Source of the DNA: Candidatus Saccharimonadales bacterium
Lineage (GTDB): Bacteria > Patescibacteriota > Saccharimonadia > Saccharimonadales > 2-12-FULL-41-12
Direction of reading: 5' to 3'
DNA length: 52,700 nt
NCBI GenBank assembly: GCA_036276755.1
Contig: DASUOG010000018.1
Coordinates: 1-52,700, forward strand
Part shown: in pieces, positions 46,717 through 52,700 of the stretch
Numbering within the stretch: the stretch's first letter is position 1
Layout: each line of letters begins with the position of its first letter
The notes under the pieces: model-generated
Seen by the model: only the letters and a program-made list of their open reading frames with translations
What the model was told of the DNA's origin: nothing
The model's database searches: none
Position numbers and translations under genes: made by a program

Positions 46717-47214
46717 TTAGCGGAAATTGATAAACGTCAGCGGGAAGTCGAAGTCCTGGGCTTTAAGCAGGCTTATGACTGATTGCAGCTCATCTTTCTT
46801 AGGGCTGGTTACGCGGATTTCTTCGCTTTGGATCTGGGTTTTGACCTTCGGGTGCTTATCACGTATCAGCTTGGTTATCTTTTTAGCGTCCTCGCCTTTT
46901 AATCCGGACTTGAAAGTTATTTCCTTGGTGACTTTCAGATTCGATGCGGCCGGCTCTTTGGATGTATCGAGGATTTTTTGGCTTTGGTTACGAGCAGCGA
47001 GTTTCTTGCGGATGATGTCGGTTACGGCCTGGACATGATAGTCATTGTCACCGGTTATCAGTAGGCCGCTTTTGTCCGAATCCAACCACTGCAGGCCGGC
47101 CGAAGTGTCTTTGAGGTCGTATCGGTTCGCCAGCTCTTTTCTGGCCTGGTCGAACACGTTGTTCATCTCCGCCTTGTCATAATTGCTCACGATATCGAAT
47201 GAGAAATTCGCCAT
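46717..47214 (-). CDS. yajQ: YajQ family nucleotide/c-di-GMP-binding protein
   Basis: SFDIVS, NRYD.K, AKKI.K.I, QIQ.EEIRVT..KKDELQ, L.F.NFR. Confidence 0.93.
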   Translation of the reverse strand: MANFSFDIVSNYDKAEMNNVFDQARKELANRYDLKDTSAGLQWLDSDKSGLLITGDNDYHVQAVTDIIRKKLAARNQSQKILDTSKEPAASNLKVTKEITFKSGLKGEDAKKITKLIRDKHPKVKTQIQSEEIRVTSPKKDELQSVISLLKAQDFDFPLTFINFR

Positions 47215-47248
47215 ATAGCCCATGTTATCATGACCTAAGAGGCAAGGT

Positions 47249-48190
47249 ATGAAAGCAGCACAGATTAGCGAATATGGCGATTCTTCGGTTTTGCAGATAA
47301 ACGAAGTTGAAAAACCCGTCCCTAAGCCGAAGCAGGTAGTCGTGGAAGTTTATGCGGCAAGTCTTAATCCTTTTGATACGTCTGTGCGCGCCGGTTATGT
47401 GAAAGACTCAATGCCGATTCAACTTCCTGCTACGCTTGGCGGGGATATTGCCGGTGTCGTATCCGAAGTGGGCGACAATGTGGACAGTCTGGGCGTAGGG
47501 GATAAGGTATATGGCCAAGCGAGTGTAGTTGCCGGCAACAGCGGTGCGTTCGCCGAATTTGCTGCGACGTCGGCGAAACAAATAGCTAAATCACCGAGTA
47601 ATTTGGATTTTAAGCAGGCGGCTTCTTTGCCTTTGGTAGGCGTGAGTGCCATGCAGGCGGTTAGTGAGCATATAGATTTAAAACCCGGCCAGAAGATCTT
47701 CATCCACGGCGGAGCCGGCGGTATCGGCACTATCGCGATACAAATTGCAAAGCACCTCGGAGCATATGTGGCGACTACTGCCACCGGAGACGGCATCAGC
47801 CTGGTGAAAAACCTGGGAGCCGATGAAATAATCGATTACAGATCGCGGGATTTCTCAGAAGTTCTGAACGGGTTTGACGCTGTTTTTGATACCGTCGGCG
47901 GTGATGATTTTAACAAGTCGTTCCCCATACTCAAAAAAGGCGGCATCGCAGTTACGATGATTGCCCAGCCCGATGAAGCCAAGGCAAGAGAGCTTGGCGT
48001 TACCGTTGTCCGGCAAGGCACAAGAGTGAATACCAAGAAGCTTAATCTGTTAACCAAGCTTGTCGAAGAAGGCGTGTTGGTACCGCAAGTCAATAAAGTA
48101 TTCCCACTTGAGAAAATAAAAGAAGCGTTTGAAGCACGCGAAGGCGGAGCAACCAAAGGAAAGGTAGTCATAACAATAAAAGGCGGTTAG
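47249..48190 (+). CDS. NADP-dependent oxidoreductase (MDR / quinone oxidoreductase-like)
   Basis: AASLNPFD, LGGDIAG, IHGGAGGIG, GAD.IIDY, GKVVI. Confidence 0.9.
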   Translation: MKAAQISEYGDSSVLQINEVEKPVPKPKQVVVEVYAASLNPFDTSVRAGYVKDSMPIQLPATLGGDIAGVVSEVGDNVDSLGVGDKVYGQASVVAGNSGAFAEFAATSAKQIAKSPSNLDFKQAASLPLVGVSAMQAVSEHIDLKPGQKIFIHGGAGGIGTIAIQIAKHLGAYVATTATGDGISLVKNLGADEIIDYRSRDFSEVLNGFDAVFDTVGGDDFNKSFPILKKGGIAVTMIAQPDEAKARELGVTVVRQGTRVNTKKLNLLTKLVEEGVLVPQVNKVFPLEKIKEAFEAREGGATKGKVVITIKGG

Positions 48191-48218
48191 CCGACTTCTT
48201 TGGTACAATATCCATAAG

Positions 48219-49247
48219 ATGCCACTTGATAAAAAGATAGTTGCCGAGCTATTAAAACGTGCCGAGAATGGCGACATATCGGTGCTGAAAAGCACGGAGC
48301 TTAGATCGCTTTTCGACCAAATAAAAACCCTGAAGCCTAACGAGCGGGCGGTTTACGGCAGGGAATTTAATGAGTTAAAGCAAAAACTGGAGAACGCCAT
48401 AGCCGCCAAGGCAAAAACCAAGCTCAAAAAGGATCCGATAGACGTAACGGCGCCCTGGCAGGTAAACACGCCGGAGAAAGACCGGCCGGCTACCTTGCGG
48501 GCCGAAGCCGGCAGTGTCCATCCTTTGATGCGGGATATGCAGGAGCTTATCGACATCTTCGCCCGCATGGGATTTTCGGCGATAGAATCACGCCAAATAG
48601 ATGATGACTGGAACATGTTCACGAGCTTGAATTTTCCCAAAGGGCACCCGGCGCGCGATGATTATGACACTTTTGTCATAGATGAAAAGGACAAACAGGG
48701 CAATAATTTGGTAGCACCGGCGCATACCAGCACCATGCAGAACCGGGTGTTAAAAGCAAACAAGCATCTGCTTGCGGCAGGCGAACCGATAGCGTTTGTG
48801 ATCCCGGGTCGGGTATTCCGTAACGAAGATATCGATGCTACGCACGAACATACCTTTTATCAGCTGGAGGGGCTTTATGTTAGCAAGGGCGTTAACACCG
48901 GCCACCTGATAGCTACGCTCAAAGCTTTTTTGGAAGAATATTTCGCTCAAAAGTTGCGGATAAAAACCCAGCCGTTTTATTTCCCGTTCACCGAACCGAG
49001 CTTTGAGTTCGCAATCGAAAAACCAAAGAGCTTAAAGAAACCATCCGACAGCAGCCATGAATGGCTGGAGCTGTTGGGTTGCGGCATGATTCATCCTAGT
49101 GTTCTTGAAGCGGCCGGGATCGACCCGGCGGTTTATACCGGATTTGCCTGGGGCGGCGGAATTGATCGGTTGGTAATGATGAAATACGGCATAGAGGATG
49201 TCCGGCATTTCCATAGCGGCAAACTTAATTTCCTGAGGCAGTTTTGA
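48219..49247 (+). CDS. pheS: Phenylalanine--tRNA ligase alpha subunit
   Basis: HPARD..DTF, HTS..Q, GRVFR.E..DATH...F.Q.EG, YFPFTEPS.E, GCGMIHP, GFAWG.G.DR. Confidence 0.97.
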   Translation: MPLDKKIVAELLKRAENGDISVLKSTELRSLFDQIKTLKPNERAVYGREFNELKQKLENAIAAKAKTKLKKDPIDVTAPWQVNTPEKDRPATLRAEAGSVHPLMRDMQELIDIFARMGFSAIESRQIDDDWNMFTSLNFPKGHPARDDYDTFVIDEKDKQGNNLVAPAHTSTMQNRVLKANKHLLAAGEPIAFVIPGRVFRNEDIDATHEHTFYQLEGLYVSKGVNTGHLIATLKAFLEEYFAQKLRIKTQPFYFPFTEPSFEFAIEKPKSLKKPSDSSHEWLELLGCGMIHPSVLEAAGIDPAVYTGFAWGGGIDRLVMMKYGIEDVRHFHSGKLNFLRQF

Positions 49248-51691
49248 TGAGGGTTAGCTTAAACGCGTTGAAACAGGTTTATAAACAGGTTGGCATGGCC
49301 GATCCTTTGCCGGATAACATAGATGATATCGTCGTCACCATTGGCGCGCAGCTTGGTGAGATTGAAGAAGTTATTGATCTTGGCAAAAGATATGAAAAAG
49401 CCTTGGTGGCTAAGGTTGTTTCATGCATCGACCATCCCAATGCGGATAAACTCAAGGTTTGCAAAATAGACACCGGCAAAGATTTGGTTCAGGTCGTGTG
49501 CGGTGCGCCCAATGTCAAGGAAGGGATGCTTGTTGTCTGGTTGCCGCCCGGCGCAGTCGTTCCGGCCTCGTCCGATAAAGAACCGCTCGTACTGGAATCC
49601 CGGGAAATCAGGGGCGAGGTAAGCAACGGTATGCTGGCCAGTCCCAGCGAGTTGAGCATCGGCGACGACCATAGCGGTCTGCTGGAGATCGACAAATCGG
49701 CCCAACCGGGTGATTCGTTCACCGAACTTTATAAACTCGACGATTACATAATAGACATTGAGAACAAAATGTTTACGCACCGCCCGGATTGCTTCGGGCT
49801 TTTAGGCATTGCCCGCGAGGTATCAGGCATATACGACAAACCGTTCAGCAGTCCTGATTGGTATTTAAAGCCGGATGAACCGAAGGCCGAAAGCGCCAAA
49901 CTCGAATTGGAGGTAATTAACGAGATACCGAAACTGGTCCCCCGTTTCAATGCGGTTGCGATCGCTGATGTGAATGTCGGCATAAGCCCGCTTTGGCTTA
50001 GGGTTATGTTGTCGAAATTCGGTATCAAGTCGGTGAACAATATAGTCGACCTGACCAATTTTTACATGCTGTTCACCGGTCAGCCTCTGCACGCTTATGA
50101 CTATGACAAGGTTGATAGGCTAAGCGGGCACGGGGCGGTGATAAAAACCAGGCAGGCAAAAAAGGCCGAGAAACTCAAGGTGCTTGGCGGCAAGGAGGTC
50201 ACGGTCGAAGAAGGCACTATCATGATAACGACTGATAAGCACGCGATCGGCATCGGCGGGGTTATCGGCGGCGCAGATACCGAAGTGGATGAATCGACCA
50301 GGAACATTATCCTCGAATGCGCGAACTTTGACAGTTACAGCATCCGGCGGACCAGCATGCACCACGGGTTATTCACCGACGCGGTTATGCGTTTTACTAA
50401 AAACCAGAGCTCGCACCAGACATTTGCGGTTATTAGCAAAACAGCCAAGGACATAGCCGGGCTGAGTGGCGGAAAAATCGCCGGCCGGGTATTTGACCTA
50501 AAAGGCAACCTCCCCGCCAACAAACCAATAAGGCTTAAGCCGGAGTTCGTAAACGACCGGTTGGGACTCGAACTGGGGTCGAATAAGATCACTAAGCTAC
50601 TGGAAAATGTCGAGTTCAAGATTGCAAAGACCGGTGAGCACCTTACCGTTACAGCACCGTTCTGGCGGACTGATGTAAGTATCCCCGAAGACGTGGTGGA
50701 AGAAGTCGGCCGGCTTTACGGCTACGATAATTTGCCGCTTAGACTTCCCGTCAAAACAGTGTCGCCATCGCACGTCAGCGATGAGTTGCGGTTGAAGCAG
50801 GCGATAAGACTGAGGCTCGCGGCGCTGGGAGCCAATGAAGTGTTGAATTACAGCTTTGTCCATGGCGATCTGCTGGACAAGGCCGGACAGGATAAGGCAA
50901 GATCGTTCAAATTGAAGAATGCACTTAGCCCAAAGCTGCAATATTACCGGCAGGGCATAACTCCGAGTCTGCTCGAAAAAGTACATCCAAACATCAAAGC
51001 CGGCTTCGATGAATTTGCCCTGTTTGAATTAGGAAGGGTCCATAAAAAAGACGCGAGGTCCGGCGGCTTACCGGAAGAGTCCGCGAGATTAGGTCTGGTG
51101 GTGGCCTCGAAGAATACACGCAAGTCCCCGGCGTTTTATACCGCCCGCAAGTACCTGGTCGAACTTTTCGCTGGGTTAAATATAGATGAAGACACGGTTT
51201 CTTTTGAGCCGATAGCGCCGAGTTCTTATTTCCAGTCCGGCCGGGCGGCAGCCATCAAAGTCGGCGGCCAGCTCGCCGGCCATATCGGAGAGTACGACCC
51301 GAGAATTACGAGCGGGCTAAAACTGCCGGAATTCTGCGCTGGCTTCGAGCTTTATCTGCAGGCCTTGAGCGGACCCGGAGGTAAGAGGTACCGGGTTATT
51401 TCCCGCTATCCTGCGACCGAGCAGGATATCTGCCTAAGGACACCTGCGGACATTTCTTATTCCCGCATTAAAGACGCGCTTGTGAGGAGCCTGCTTGGTA
51501 AACTGCCTGCCGACGTATCCGTGCGAATCCGCACCATCGATATATTCAGCAAGGATACGCGATCCAAACAAACCACCTTCAGAGTTACCGCATTCAGCTA
51601 TGAGCGAACCTTGACCAGCGAAGTCATGAATGCGATTTTTAACAAAACAGCGGAACCGTTAAAAAAGTTGGTGGGAGCTGATATAATCTAA
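49247..51691 (+). CDS. pheT: Phenylalanine--tRNA ligase beta subunit
   Basis: HPNADKL, VCGAPN, RPDC....GIARE, NNIVD.TN, GQPLHAYD, P.WR.D....DVVEEVGR.YGY, SRYP...D. Confidence 0.97.
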   Translation: MRVSLNALKQVYKQVGMADPLPDNIDDIVVTIGAQLGEIEEVIDLGKRYEKALVAKVVSCIDHPNADKLKVCKIDTGKDLVQVVCGAPNVKEGMLVVWLPPGAVVPASSDKEPLVLESREIRGEVSNGMLASPSELSIGDDHSGLLEIDKSAQPGDSFTELYKLDDYIIDIENKMFTHRPDCFGLLGIAREVSGIYDKPFSSPDWYLKPDEPKAESAKLELEVINEIPKLVPRFNAVAIADVNVGISPLWLRVMLSKFGIKSVNNIVDLTNFYMLFTGQPLHAYDYDKVDRLSGHGAVIKTRQAKKAEKLKVLGGKEVTVEEGTIMITTDKHAIGIGGVIGGADTEVDESTRNIILECANFDSYSIRRTSMHHGLFTDAVMRFTKNQSSHQTFAVISKTAKDIAGLSGGKIAGRVFDLKGNLPANKPIRLKPEFVNDRLGLELGSNKITKLLENVEFKIAKTGEHLTVTAPFWRTDVSIPEDVVEEVGRLYGYDNLPLRLPVKTVSPSHVSDELRLKQAIRLRLAALGANEVLNYSFVHGDLLDKAGQDKARSFKLKNALSPKLQYYRQGITPSLLEKVHPNIKAGFDEFALFELGRVHKKDARSGGLPEESARLGLVVASKNTRKSPAFYTARKYLVELFAGLNIDEDTVSFEPIAPSSYFQSGRAAAIKVGGQLAGHIGEYDPRITSGLKLPEFCAGFELYLQALSGPGGKRYRVISRYPATEQDICLRTPADISYSRIKDALVRSLLGKLPADVSVRIRTIDIFSKDTRSKQTTFRVTAFSYERTLTSEVMNAIFNKTAEPLKKLVGADII

Positions 51692-51698
51692 CCATCGT

Positions 51699-52274
51699 AT
51701 GGGAGTAAAAGAAAAAGGCCAGAAGGTTATCATTATGACTATAGTGTCGGCTTTTGTGTTGTCCTCGGTCGGATTCAGCGCGCTGGTAATCTGGCAGTTG
51801 AATCAAGATAACCAGGACTCATCTTCTCAGACTGCGGACCTACAAAAACAGCTTGAAGAACAACTCGCCGGGCAGTGCAGTATCCAGGTTCCGGTTCCGG
51901 GCAAGGAAGCAAAAGCCGTTCCTAAGACCGAAAAGATAACTTCCGACGTCACTAAGCTTCAAAAGAAGGAGCTAAAGCTCGGCAGCGGCAAGGCGGCTGC
52001 CGAAGGGGACTGCCTGGTGGTCAAATATAACGGGACTTTGGCAAAGACCGGCAAACAGTTTGACGGCAACTTCGACAGTAGGGACGGATTGCAGTTTACT
52101 CTGGGTAAGGGTGAAGTGATTCCCGGTTGGGACGAGGGCTTGGCGGATCTGAAGATCGGCGGAATCCGCCAGTTGATAATCCCGTCTGATAAGGCTTACG
52201 GGAACCGGTCCGCCGGCGAAATCCCGGCTAATTCCGACTTGGTATTCGTAATCGAACTTCTGGAAATAAAATAG
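51699..52274 (+). CDS. FKBP-type peptidyl-prolyl cis-trans isomerase, membrane-anchored
   Basis: N-terminal TM; Y.GTL...G.QFD, LG.GEVIPGWDEGL, IP...AYG, IPANS.LVF.IEL. Confidence 0.93.
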   Translation: MGVKEKGQKVIIMTIVSAFVLSSVGFSALVIWQLNQDNQDSSSQTADLQKQLEEQLAGQCSIQVPVPGKEAKAVPKTEKITSDVTKLQKKELKLGSGKAAAEGDCLVVKYNGTLAKTGKQFDGNFDSRDGLQFTLGKGEVIPGWDEGLADLKIGGIRQLIIPSDKAYGNRSAGEIPANSDLVFVIELLEIK

Positions 52275-52293
52275 CGTGATAATAGGGCAAAAA

Positions 52294-52341
52294 ACACAAC
52301 ATATAGTGTCTTGAAATATCTATATGCGCTATATATACTAA
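52294..52341. promoter_or_regulatory. Tandem NrdR boxes
   Basis: ACACAACATATAGTGT (52294-52309) matches the NrdR consensus acaCwAtATaTwGtgt; weaker GCGCTATATATACTAA starts 32 nt later. Confidence 0.75.
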
Positions 52342-52424
52342 ATATTACCTCACTAATAAAGCTGTAAGTTCAAAGACTTACGCCCAAAAAATCAACAATA
52401 AAATTAATAAAAAAGGAAGAGACG

Positions 52425-52673
52425 ATGACAAAGAATATCACTGTTTTTACCAGCAATACCTGTGCCTATTGCGTAATGGTGAAGAAATGGCTGGGGGCGA
52501 AGGGACATCAGTACGAGGAAGTCAATATCGACCAGCAACCGGAACGACAGAAAGACGCTTTTGAGCTGAGCGGCCAATTGGCGGTTCCGGTAACAGTGGT
52601 TACCAAGGACGACGATACCAAAGAAGTCATCGTTGGATATAACCTGGCGCGCTTAGCTCCGGCGGTTTCGTAA
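52425..52673 (+). CDS. Glutaredoxin-like protein (NrdH-type)
   Basis: CAYC active site, SGQ.AVPV, VG.N; NrdR boxes upstream. Confidence 0.88.
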   Translation: MTKNITVFTSNTCAYCVMVKKWLGAKGHQYEEVNIDQQPERQKDAFELSGQLAVPVTVVTKDDDTKEVIVGYNLARLAPAVS

Positions 52674-52700
52674 CACTCTTGATTTATTGTGGCGCATACT

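Overview
Bacterial chromosomal window read in the standard code, roughly 50% GC by eye. The gene content and many leaderless-type promoters suggest Patescibacteria/CPR, probably Saccharibacteria; this is inference, as there is no rRNA in the window. Core genes include the 3' part of a trp operon (trpE, trpG and a single TrpD-TrpC-TrpF fusion), metK behind a SAM-I riboswitch, corA, a divergent Fur/Zur-ZIP pair with two operator palindromes, rmuC, yajQ, pheST, an FKBP and an NrdH-like glutaredoxin behind tandem NrdR boxes. Two compact biosynthetic systems stand out. The first is a four-gene phosphonate operon (DUF1611-like P-loop protein, PEP mutase, phosphonopyruvate decarboxylase, PhnY-like aldehyde dehydrogenase) that points to phosphonoacetate rather than aminoethylphosphonate. 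The second is a ~5.8 kb AT-rich island with no integrase, lying between an intact tRNA-Gln(CUG) and a decayed tRNA-Gln copy, and encoding an ATP-grasp ligase, a HisC/CobD-type PLP enzyme, a HAD-IIA phosphatase, a GMC oxidoreductase and an APH-like kinase. Other observations: a UbiB/ABC1 kinase flanked by two unannotated 2-TM microproteins, a protein with five ~37-aa SLYR repeats, a membrane protein/small protein/soluble PAS kinase module, two candidate small RNAs and a nested inverted-repeat element. Family calls come from motif recognition by eye; no database searches were run.
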